A stretch of 20,000 bases of DNA from an uncultured virus (IMG/VR IMGVR_UViG_3300028888_000118) (lineage: Duplodnaviria; Heunggongvirae; Uroviricota; Caudoviricetes). Shown here piece by piece: positions 1-7,176 of the stretch. Below the pieces are notes generated by a model. That model was given only the letters and a program-made list of their open reading frames with translations, had not been told where the DNA came from and did no database searches. The translations under genes and the position numbers were made by a program. Every line of letters begins with the position of its first letter. Position 1 is the first letter of the stretch. The stretch lies in the IMG/VR virus record IMGVR_UViG_3300028888_000118; one strand, given 5' to 3'.

Positions 1-82
1 TTTCATATTCATCTCCGTGAAATATATAGATACCTTTAATGTCTCCTGAATCTATTACCTTTTTCAACTCCATAATGTTCAT
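1..82 (-). CDS. holA: DNA polymerase III delta-like clamp loader subunit, N-terminal part (runs off window)
   Basis: Manual translation from ATG at 82: MNIMELKKVIDSGDIKGIYIFHGDEYE. The YxFxGxE motif is typical of the HolA N-terminus; start overlaps the upstream stop (TAATG); follows dnaX and holB-like genes. Confidence 0.65.
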   Translation of the reverse strand, partial: MNIMELKKVIDSGDIKGIYIFHGDEYE

Positions 83-918
83 TATAGTTCACCGCCTGTG
101 ACTAATAGATGTGAGTTAATAATGCAGTTATCAATAATAGACTGCTTATTACAGCCTTTTGTATTCAGGCTATTAATACTCTTTGATACAGTCTTAATAA
201 CTGCGTCATACTCTGTTTCTCCGTTTTTTATAACACGATTTGCACAGCTTAAAATTATGCATCGTAAGAACATTGTGGGATCAATTCCGTCAGTAGATTC
301 CTTTAGCTTTAACTTAGTCGTAATTTTTAATTCATTTGCTAGATTAGCTTTTCCGATGTACTTCACAAAAGATTCTGCAAGATTATATACATCAGAAATT
401 TCCGTTTCTTCCGCAGATATAACATCCTGCGGACATGAGCATATCTGAGTTACGATATTATGATCATCTTCTGTAAATGTATAGTTCTTATGATCTGCAA
501 AATCTTCAAGTTCCTGAACAGTGTACGGATCAAGGTACATTACCATTCCTCTACTTATCAGTGTTCCAAGTACGTTTGATATATCGCAAACTGTCAGTAT
601 GAAGTATGCTGAATTAGGTGGTTCTTCTGTAACCTTTAGCAATGCATTCTTAGCGATAACTGACATATCATCTGCATCTGCGAACATATACACTGTTTTA
701 TCTGATACTGTATAAGAATCAACAATTACATCTCTTACGCTTTCAACGGTTGTTTCGCACGGAACAAAATTTGCATGTAGCTTTCGTGCAATATAATCAG
801 AGATCACACGTTTTCCAAAACCTCTAGGAGCAACAATAATAGAAAATCTAGGAAATCTATCATTATCAATTGCATTATCTATAATATTCAGTATTCGCTT
901 CTGCCCACAAACATACAT
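82..918 (-). CDS. holB: DNA polymerase III delta-prime-like clamp loader subunit (AAA+)
   Basis: Degenerate P-loop APRGFGK, NALLKVTEEPP motif and TLISR, characteristic of HolB/DnaX family. Start moved to ATG 918 behind GAGGT RBS. Confidence 0.8.
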   Translation of the reverse strand: MYVCGQKRILNIIDNAIDNDRFPRFSIIVAPRGFGKRVISDYIARKLHANFVPCETTVESVRDVIVDSYTVSDKTVYMFADADDMSVIAKNALLKVTEEPPNSAYFILTVCDISNVLGTLISRGMVMYLDPYTVQELEDFADHKNYTFTEDDHNIVTQICSCPQDVISAEETEISDVYNLAESFVKYIGKANLANELKITTKLKLKESTDGIDPTMFLRCIILSCANRVIKNGETEYDAVIKTVSKSINSLNTKGCNKQSIIDNCIINSHLLVTGGEL

Positions 919-920
919 AA

Positions 921-1946
921 TTATACCTCTGAACACAGTAAGATGAATGTCGATTCAATCAGCGGTTTCGGATTCGTATCCCACTTAATAGACGAATTGA
1001 TATTGATTACCTCGTTTAGCAACTGTGTGAAGAATGTGAAATCATCTCTTGTATATGCCGACACACGTTTCTTATACGTTACAGGAATCTGCAAATAATC
1101 GAATGTACCTACTACGTCATACTTGCAAAGGTCTAGTACAAAATTGTTATACTCCTTAATAAACTGTTTCAGGTCGTGACCACTTCCATGAACCGTTTCT
1201 ACAATCTCGATCACAGACTTCTTATCCATCTTACACAGTGCATCTGTGAGATCGAACATTGTTCCGTATCCAACTGTACCGAGCGATTCTGTAACAGCTT
1301 CTACAGTCAGATTCTTAGAGTATCCGAGAACTTTATCCATTAACGTGATAGCATCACGCATACCGCCATCAGCTAATTTTGCAATGTAGTCAATTGCTTC
1401 ATCTTCATAAGTATATTCCATACCTTCTTCATTTTCTCTTGAAATGATGTATTTAAGTCTTTCTGTAATTCCGGTACGTGAAATTCTCTGGAAATTATAT
1501 CTTTGCACTCTTGAAAGAATTGTCTTAGGAATCTTCTGTGGATCAGTTGTGCAGAAAATAAAAACACTGGTAGGTGTAGGTTCTTCAAGTGTAAGTAGCA
1601 GTGCTTGCCACCCTTGATCAGTAATAGCGTGTACCTCATCAAGTAGGAATACTTTGTACTTATAGCCAATTGGCTTAAATCGTGAATCTTCAATCAGCTT
1701 TCTAATATCATCAACCTTACCATGAGAAGCGGCATCCAGTTCTACAGTAATGCCTTTATTATCATTTATTGCATTTGCGAATAGTCTAGCTGACGTTGTT
1801 TTTCCAGTTCCCGCGCCTCCGCAGAACAAGTATGCATTCTTAATTTCACCTTTACTAAGCTGATTAAGAAGAGTACCCTTGATTACATTCTGCTCAACAA
1901 CATCATCAAACTTATTCGGTCTATACTTTGTAGCAAGTGACTCCAT
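921..1946 (-). CDS. dnaX: DNA polymerase III gamma/tau-like clamp loader ATPase (short, gamma-like)
   Basis: LATKYRP N-terminus, Walker A GGAGTGKTT, Walker B LDEVH, LEEP, TILSR, GGMRDAI. Start at ATG 1946 behind AAGGA. Confidence 0.93.
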   Translation of the reverse strand: MESLATKYRPNKFDDVVEQNVIKGTLLNQLSKGEIKNAYLFCGGAGTGKTTSARLFANAINDNKGITVELDAASHGKVDDIRKLIEDSRFKPIGYKYKVFLLDEVHAITDQGWQALLLTLEEPTPTSVFIFCTTDPQKIPKTILSRVQRYNFQRISRTGITERLKYIISRENEEGMEYTYEDEAIDYIAKLADGGMRDAITLMDKVLGYSKNLTVEAVTESLGTVGYGTMFDLTDALCKMDKKSVIEIVETVHGSGHDLKQFIKEYNNFVLDLCKYDVVGTFDYLQIPVTYKKRVSAYTRDDFTFFTQLLNEVININSSIKWDTNPKPLIESTFILLCSEV

Positions 1947-1960
1947 TTTGTTATATCCTT

Positions 1961-2176
1961 TCATAAATAGTAAGCAAATATATCTTCATTGTACTCACGT
2001 ACATTACTTGAACATGTTGGACACACACAATAGTATCCAAATTTATACCAAATGTATCTATACTCATGCTTATTCGCATTAAAACGACATCCACACTCAA
2101 AACAGTAAAATTTCTTCCATTTAAGCTGATTGTTTACAAAATCATCAAACGAACCATCTTTAATTACTTCAGGCAT
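1961..2176 (-). CDS. small zinc-ribbon protein
   Basis: 71 aa with CxxC (CFECGC) and CPTC; first gene behind promoter at 2215-2243. Confidence 0.7.
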   Translation of the reverse strand: MPEVIKDGSFDDFVNNQLKWKKFYCFECGCRFNANKHEYRYIWYKFGYYCVCPTCSSNVREYNEDIFAYYL

Positions 2177-2214
2177 AACTACTACCCCCCACCTTGCCTG
2201 TAATCCTTATATAT

Positions 2215-2243
2215 AGTATAACACAAAATCGTAAAAAAGTCAA
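2215..2243 (-). promoter_or_regulatory. sigma-A-type promoter
   Basis: Minus strand TTGACT-N17-TATACT with extended -10 TG. Confidence 0.85.
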
Positions 2244-2253
2244 GTGGTTTTAT

Positions 2254-2288
2254 AAAAAATATCCGCAAAAATTAAGTTTTTGCGGATA
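2254..2288 (-). terminator. intrinsic terminator
   Basis: 12-bp stem TATCCGCAAAAA/TTTTTGCGGATA followed by a U tract on the minus strand, just after the stop at 2303. Confidence 0.8.
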
Positions 2289-2302
2289 CTTAGTGTAATA
2301 GA

Positions 2303-2506
2303 TCAGACAGTGTGCCAATATTCTTCACCATTGATACACGGGAGATACTTTACCTCTGCGTACAGCCTTTCTCCGTACTTGAAAGGACTATACGGAAGTG
2401 CGCGGGAACACCGGATGTAGAATTTTCCTTCATGCTCATAAATAGCACATTTTGCAGTGGCATCCCGACCGATATTTATTGTTGTCAGTGCTCTATACTT
2501 TTTCAT
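2303..2506 (-). CDS. hypothetical phage protein
   Basis: ATG at 2506 behind GGGAGTG; 67 aa; tight packing with neighbours. Confidence 0.65.
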   Translation of the reverse strand: MKKYRALTTINIGRDATAKCAIYEHEGKFYIRCSRALPYSPFKYGERLYAEVKYLPCINGEEYWHTV

Positions 2507-2516
2507 ATAATCAATC

Positions 2517-2819
2517 TCACTCCCAAATACTCTCAATCCACTCTTCGCCGGAACCACACATCAATCTCCAATTGATGCCGTCCGGAATCTCAACTACCTT
2601 TAACTTACTGAACTTACTACTGCACCAATTAGAACCAAAAGACTCCATCAGTTCAATGAGTTTAGGATCAGTTCTGAAATCCTCATCGTGTCTACCATCT
2701 TTCCACTCGTAGTAACTGCCCTCGTCACCGCAGTCAATGATCTCCGCGCCTAACATCTTAGCACACTCATCAGAAAAGCTAAAACAGCCCTTATACCTCT
2801 TGTTAATGACTATTTTCAT
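2517..2819 (-). CDS. hypothetical phage protein
   Basis: 100 aa, AAGGAG RBS; MKIVIN..G.F..S, RTDP.L and LKVVEIPD..W..G.EW motifs resemble a common phage family. Confidence 0.8.
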   Translation of the reverse strand: MKIVINKRYKGCFSFSDECAKMLGAEIIDCGDEGSYYEWKDGRHDEDFRTDPKLIELMESFGSNWCSSKFSKLKVVEIPDGINWRLMCGSGEEWIESIWE

Positions 2820-3054
2820 ACGCTACTCCTTTCTTAATGAAGTATCTGATTGTAACAATCTCACTATCGGTTGTTCCTACAAACACGCATCTGTATGCGG
2901 TCTTGCCTCCGTCTGTAGTCACCGTTTCACGGTGTATACAACCAACCGGATAATCACAGTTCAGAAAAGTCTCCCAAGACTCACTACCGACTACCGGAAT
3001 ATTATCTGTTTCAACTGCAATATACTTTCTTCCATTAATGGAGATCACAGTCAT
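2803..3054 (-). CDS. hypothetical phage protein
   Basis: ATG at 3054 behind GAAAGGAG; 83 aa. Confidence 0.7.
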   Translation of the reverse strand: MTVISINGRKYIAVETDNIPVVGSESWETFLNCDYPVGCIHRETVTTDGGKTAYRCVFVGTTDSEIVTIRYFIKKGVAYENSH

Positions 3055-3067
3055 AATCAAACTCCTT

Positions 3068-3271
3068 TCAGCATTCAACCTCTGCAAGAATTTTCCGCAG
3101 TACATCATTCTTCTTGTAAAGTTTCTCGCGGTCATCATCTGCAATGCTCCACACTTCCGCCTGTTTCTCGTTCTGTGCGATCATAGCACGTACTCTGTCA
3201 GGCTTTACGTTCGGAATATCCTGAACTCTCAATCCGATAATAGCAAGTTCTTTATCAGTCAGTTTATTCAT
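3068..3271 (-). CDS. hypothetical phage protein
   Basis: 67 aa, GAAAGGAG RBS. Confidence 0.7.
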   Translation of the reverse strand: MNKLTDKELAIIGLRVQDIPNVKPDRVRAMIAQNEKQAEVWSIADDDREKLYKKNDVLRKILAEVEC

Positions 3272-3283
3272 AACAAACTCCTT

Positions 3284-3616
3284 TCAATCAATTTCCATGT
3301 AGCAGTACGTGTCATATCCTGCTTTCCGCAGTTCTTCTGTTACGGCTTCTGCAAATGCAGTCCTACGATCACCAATGCCACACGCTCTGCTGAACGTGAA
3401 ATATCCAGTCTTTCCAAGAAAACGACCATCAAACTTAATCGCATAGAATCCTGCATCTTCTGCCGCTTTCTTTACCTTGTCTTCTGCACATCTAGGAAGA
3501 AACACACCCGCAGTATCAAAGTTCATAGAACCAGTTTCCGGAACTTCTTCAAGAACATGCTTTGCATTTTCATAAGCTGTGATAAGGTCTTTCGTAAGCT
3601 GTTCATATTTAGTCAT
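3284..3616 (-). CDS. hypothetical phage protein
   Basis: 110 aa, AAAGGCGG RBS. Confidence 0.75.
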   Translation of the reverse strand: MTKYEQLTKDLITAYENAKHVLEEVPETGSMNFDTAGVFLPRCAEDKVKKAAEDAGFYAIKFDGRFLGKTGYFTFSRACGIGDRRTAFAEAVTEELRKAGYDTYCYMEID

Positions 3617-3634
3617 TTTACTTACCGCCTTTCA

Positions 3635-3922
3635 TTAAGCCGCATAGAATCTTTCTTTCAGTCGGGCTTCCTGTTCGCGTGTTTCCGGAATGTAATAATC
3701 ATATTCATCAGCTTTGTTACCGTACTTAGTAACTTTGCAGTACCACCAACCATCTGGAAGCGCGATCTGCATCACATAGGCATTCTTGATTGCGTTGAAT
3801 TCGCAATTCTTCATACCACCGACAATCGTATCATAAAGTCTCTTTTCGGTGAATTTCTCACCATTGAAATACCCGCCGATAGCCTGATCAAACAATCTCT
3901 TAGCAGTTTCTTTAAGAGTCAT
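3635..3922 (-). CDS. hypothetical phage protein
   Basis: ATG at 3922 behind GAGGT. The longer ORF call to 3985 would overlap the promoter. Confidence 0.7.
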   Translation of the reverse strand: MTLKETAKRLFDQAIGGYFNGEKFTEKRLYDTIVGGMKNCEFNAIKNAYVMQIALPDGWWYCKVTKYGNKADEYDYYIPETREQEARLKERFYAA

Positions 3923-3967
3923 AAGATACCTCACTTTCTGATCACTCGTCATCTCTCTTACATATAT

Positions 3968-3996
3968 AGTATAGCATATTTGCAAGAAAATGTCAA
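3968..3996 (-). promoter_or_regulatory. sigma-A-type promoter
   Basis: TTGACA-N17-TATACT with extended TG. Confidence 0.88.
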
Positions 3997-4018
3997 GTAG
4001 TTTGCAGAAAATATATAG

Positions 4019-4051
4019 AAAAAATCCTCACAAATAATATGTGAGGATTTT
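4019..4051 (-). terminator. intrinsic terminator
   Basis: AAAATCCTCACA/TGTGAGGATTTT hairpin with U tract, after the stop at 4071. Confidence 0.8.
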
Positions 4052-4070
4052 GTATAATATGTATAAACCA

Positions 4071-4409
4071 TCAATCTATATCTAACCACTCTACGAACTG
4101 TTTCATAACCCTATCATTGATAACATAATAATTTTCGCCGTCACCGAAATCAAACGCAAGAATCGGAAACTGCTTCCCCATTGCAAAACACTGTTCTTCG
4201 ATCTTATCAAGCCATTCCTTCTTAATAGAAACGGACTTCACTTCCGATTCTCGTGTTTTACACTCAATCAGACAATTATTAGATACTACATCACCTTTAA
4301 GGAATGCACTTGATCCACTACTTGTTTGAACTTTGGCATTCAATGCTTTAGCAGTACGTTTTTCATGACGATCACTATAATACCTTGTACTGTTCTTATT
4401 GTTTACCAT
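4071..4409 (-). CDS. PD-(D/E)xK nuclease, putative Holliday junction resolvase
   Basis: HE...A N-terminal helix, SGS..KGDV, LIECKT, SIKKEWLDKI motifs. Confidence 0.75.
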   Translation of the reverse strand: MVNNKNSTRYYSDRHEKRTAKALNAKVQTSSGSSAFLKGDVVSNNCLIECKTRESEVKSVSIKKEWLDKIEEQCFAMGKQFPILAFDFGDGENYYVINDRVMKQFVEWLDID

Positions 4410-4411
4410 AA

Positions 4412-4630
4412 TTAATCACCACTAATAGCGCAACGTAATTCCTCAGACTTTTCGTGAATCAGTTTCATCAGTCTAAGTTGCTCTTTTGCATACGGACTTT
4501 CCAATATTTGAACAGTGTCATCTTTATTCAACTTATCCGTAACCTCGTCAAGTTCATTTTGCAATGCATGAATCTCATTATTAAGATCACTCACACGCGA
4601 ACTAAGTTCGCTATTTACTGCAACTTTCAT
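4412..4630 (-). CDS. hypothetical coiled-coil protein
   Basis: 72 aa, AGGTG RBS, heptad pattern. Confidence 0.65.
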   Translation of the reverse strand: MKVAVNSELSSRVSDLNNEIHALQNELDEVTDKLNKDDTVQILESPYAKEQLRLMKLIHEKSEELRCAISGD

Positions 4631-4647
4631 AACTAATACACCTACAA

Positions 4648-5085
4648 TTAAAACTTTTTCAGGTATTCTGTAATGCTATCAGTTGTGGATTCAAGGAAAT
4701 CAATATAGTCACAAATATCATTTCGTTCATCTTCAATCCGGTGCGCTCTATCAAGTACAATAGATTCAAGATAATTTAGGAATGACCGGATAATCTTCTT
4801 ACGTACAATAAGTTCTCCGGTACACTCATCATATTCGTCATCCGGCTTACAGATAGTTTCGGCAGTAATAGTTGTCATAATACTATTCCTATTCAGCGCA
4901 TCTCTAACCCAATTAGGAAAATATCTGCTATTGCGAAGTGAGTTTGGAATATTGTCATATCTTACCGCACACTTAGCAACCGTCTTATGAAGACCATCTT
5001 TTGTTTCACCGCTGTAAAACTTAATGTCAAGCGGCGTTCCCTTACCTAGCTTCTTCATTGTTTTTCCTCCTACAATACATTTCAC
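4648..5085 (-). CDS. hypothetical phage protein
   Basis: ORF track; true start is probably the second Met (MKKLG) behind AGGAGG. C..DDEYDE.TG motif resembles small phage proteins. Confidence 0.7.
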   Translation of the reverse strand: MKCIVGGKTMKKLGKGTPLDIKFYSGETKDGLHKTVAKCAVRYDNIPNSLRNSRYFPNWVRDALNRNSIMTTITAETICKPDDEYDECTGELIVRKKIIRSFLNYLESIVLDRAHRIEDERNDICDYIDFLESTTDSITEYLKKF

Positions 5086-5566
5086 AATCTTCTTTGTTCA
5101 TATAAAACAGGGGATTCCCTGATTCTATGCAAGTATTATCACTAATAGGATTTACAATAATAGTTTTACCATTATCAACGTAGTAAAATACATTGTTTAT
5201 ATTATATGCTGTAACTTCTACTACTCGATATTTCGGGATATCATAAAAACATTCACAGGCTTTATAATTATCGTCAATACCGTCATTCTCTACTTTTACA
5301 AATCCAGTTGATCTGCATTCTTTACAAAATCCAGAATGTTTAACAAAATACAATTCAGGTTTATACAAAGTTACAGTACATGCGTTATGCGTGAATTCAG
5401 TATCTACAATATAATCATATACTGTATCACTTTGATCCGGAGTATTATCAGTATTATCGTTGCTTCGATCATTATTCAATTCTTCATATTCCTGTATGAA
5501 CTGTTTTGCAAATTCTGCAATCTTATCAAATGTTTTTATATAATCAGGTTCAGTTGGATTAAACAT
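5042..5566 (-). CDS. hypothetical protein with CxxC...CxC putative Zn site
   Basis: ATG at 5566 behind AGGTG; CKECRSTG...CEC. The upstream extension to 5668 overlaps a structured leader. Confidence 0.65.
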   Translation of the reverse strand: MFNPTEPDYIKTFDKIAEFAKQFIQEYEELNNDRSNDNTDNTPDQSDTVYDYIVDTEFTHNACTVTLYKPELYFVKHSGFCKECRSTGFVKVENDGIDDNYKACECFYDIPKYRVVEVTAYNINNVFYYVDNGKTIIVNPISDNTCIESGNPLFYMNKEDCEMYCRRKNNEEAR

Positions 5567-5779
5567 ACTAACAACACCTACCAAAATCAATATAGTTTTT
5601 CGGAATCCGGCGCAGATAACGCTCAATATTATCCACGCCAGACAGAAGCATTTCGCTTCTTTCACCAAAGGTGTTGTTCCGACAGCTATCTTTTATGTAC
5701 AAAGGAGGCACACATGTCTATTGTGGCAAGTTAAGAATAAAAGAAACTACAAAGATAGCAAAGTTTTCTTTTATTTGAG

Positions 5780-5853
5780 TGGGCTTGCCGGGACTCGAAC
5801 CCGGAATCTGCTGGTTATGAGCCAGTAGCGTTGACCGATTGCGCCACAAGCCC
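5780..5853 (-). tRNA. tRNA-Ile2 (CAT)
   Basis: Cloverleaf GGGCTTG/CAAGCCC, anticodon arm CTGG-CTCATAA-CCAG, T-loop TTCGAGT. The GGCTCATAACC context resembles lysidine tRNA-Ile2. Confidence 0.85.
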
Positions 5854-5856
5854 TTA

Positions 5857-5996
5857 TGATACCCAAAAAGAGAATTGAACTCCTATCAACCGCTTTCTCA
5901 CATACAATACAAAATCTATTCAGATTGTATTAATGTCTGCGCGGATTTTGTACGCAGAATTTCATATTTTCATACGAAAATATACCTTACCTGAGT
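5857..5996 (-). ncRNA. tRNA-like RNA with acceptor and T arm and an expanded multi-hairpin interior (candidate)
   Basis: ACTCAGG/TTTGGGT acceptor-like stem, T arm AGGAG-TTCAATT-CTCTT, 3' A-TCA, three internal hairpins. Confidence 0.5.
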
Positions 5997-6080
5997 GTGT
6001 CTACCGCCTACAGAAGTAGGTCTTATGCATACTTTCTCGGTCTAATGACGTTGAGCCGCCATATAAAATATAATCATTAT

Positions 6081-6155
6081 TGGTGTGGGATAGGAGAGTT
6101 GAACTCCCATCTCCTGCTTGGAAGGCAGGAATAATAGCCGTTATACCAATCCCAC
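6081..6155 (-). tRNA. tRNA-Gly (TCC)
   Basis: GTGGGAT/ATCCCAC, CCTGC-CTTCCAA-GCAGG, encoded CCA. Confidence 0.92.
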
Positions 6156-6172
6156 ATTTATAACTAATGAAA

Positions 6173-6334
6173 TCATGTAATGTAAACCATCATAGATTCT
6201 CCTGCAAATTTCTTATAGTGCGAATTATTATAAAGTTCTTTATGACGGATTTTCTTATTCCATAATCTCTTAAACATTTTTCTGGATGTCTTTTCTCCGT
6301 CTTTAATCCACCACTTGTATTTAGAGCCTTTCAT
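6173..6334 (-). CDS. small basic hypothetical protein (53 aa)
   Basis: Manual translation MKGSKYKWWIKDGEKTSRKMFKRLWNKKIRHKELYNNSHYKKFAGESMMVYIT; AAGGAG RBS; fills the gap between tRNAs. Confidence 0.65.
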   Translation of the reverse strand: MKGSKYKWWIKDGEKTSRKMFKRLWNKKIRHKELYNNSHYKKFAGESMMVYIT

Positions 6335-6364
6335 AATTCACACTCCTTTTGTTATTTAATATGA

Positions 6365-6447
6365 CGGTGTGGGTGGGATTTGAACCCACAACCCTACACG
6401 GGCGACTGTTTTCAAGACAGCTTATCTTCCCCACTGACAACCACACC
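6365..6447 (-). tRNA. tRNA-Ser (TGA)
   Basis: GGTGTGG/CCACACC, loop CTTGAAA, long variable arm, G73. Confidence 0.9.
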
Positions 6448-6458
6448 ATGTTAAATGA

Positions 6459-6542
6459 TGCTACTGACGGGACTTGAACCCGTACTCCGCATCCGGAAGG
6501 GGATTTTAAGTCCCCCGCGTCTGCCAATTCCACCACAGTAGC
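6459..6542 (-). tRNA. tRNA-Leu (TAA)
   Basis: GCTACTG/CAGTAGC, GGGGA-CTTAAAA-TCCCC, long variable arm, A73. Confidence 0.93.
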
Positions 6543-6546
6543 ATAA

Positions 6547-6619
6547 TCGGAGTGACAGGATTTGAACCTGCGACATTCTGGTCCCAAACCAGACGCGCTA
6601 CCGACTGCGCTACACCCCG
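6547..6619 (-). tRNA. tRNA-Pro (TGG)
   Basis: CGGGGTG/CACTCCG, TCTGG-TTTGGGA-CCAGA. Confidence 0.93.
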
Positions 6620-6647
6620 ACATATATAATAAATATTTGTTAAATGA

Positions 6648-6729
6648 TGCGCCTGACAGGACTTGAACCTGCACGGATTTCTCCACCAGAACCTAAATCT
6701 GGCGCGTATGCCAATTTCGCCACAGGCGC
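6648..6729 (-). tRNA. tRNA-Leu (TAG)
   Basis: GCGCCTG/CAGGCGC, CCAGA-TTTAGGT-TCTGG, long variable arm. Confidence 0.93.
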
Positions 6730-6873
6730 GTATAAAATGTTGTGCTTACATGACAGCCTAGAGGTATTCCATACGATCATTAGATCAACCCGACAAACCT
6801 TTAATCTAGGATTTTGTAAAACTTTATCCTTTGTGCTTATAATGCTTAATCTTTATATATACCGTTTTCCAAC

Positions 6874-6929
6874 GGTTTTTGAACTGTAAGATTTTAACTT
6901 TCAACTTTGAGATTTAATACTTGAACTTT
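6874..6929 (-). repeat. in-register 7-nt degenerate array (consensus AAAGTTY)
   Basis: AAAGTTC AAGTATT AAATCTC AAAGTTG AAAGTTA AAATCTT ACAGTTC AAAAACC; further similar units at 6819-6854. Confidence 0.7.
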
Positions 6930-6932
6930 ATA

Positions 6933-6997
6933 TGTCATATGTGGAGTCGAACCACACCGCCGGATTTCCAGTCCAGAGTTTTACCGAAATTATAACA
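6933..6997 (-). tRNA. atypical or pseudo tRNA (anticodon GGA) embedded in the ncRNA
   Basis: TGTTATA/TATGACA acceptor, CTGGA-CTGGAAA-TCCGG, TGTGG-TTCGACT-CCACA; D arm rudimentary; no Ser-type variable arm. Confidence 0.6.
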
Positions 6998-7176
6998 TTC
7001 TTTCCTATTAAAGAAAGTTCAAATCTCCGTTACCTCAATTGTTGGCGAGGTTTCAGTGACTTATTAAATCTCTCTGTTAACGCACAAAGAAAGCGAATCT
7101 AAATTTATGGTTTTCGTCATGCAAGCACAATGTATTTCAAAAATGCTTTCCTAACATTTCCGACAACTTTATTATA

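Larger units (their letters stand above)
6740..7130 (-). ncRNA. large structured ncRNA candidate (~390 nt)
   Basis: 15-bp closing stem 7130-7116/6754-6740 and nested stems of 10, 11 and 9 bp; no credible ORF. Confidence 0.75.

Noticed and set aside
3038..4000. 320-aa plus-strand ORF and other plus-strand ORFs
   Set aside because: Antisense shadows of minus-strand genes that have RBSs; no recognisable motifs.
5857..6064. tmRNA or group I intron
   Set aside because: Too short, no GGGG-type Ala acceptor or tag ORF; only a partial R-like string (GCTCAACG) with no matching P7/S partner.
6321..6889. ORFs 6321-6686 (-) and 6644-6889 (+)
   Set aside because: They run through tRNA genes and the ncRNA; typical tRNA-shadow translations.
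6740..7130. RNase P RNA identity for the large ncRNA
   Set aside because: ACAAAATCC...GGCTG is superficially similar, but the GAGGAAAGTCC/P4 core is missing.
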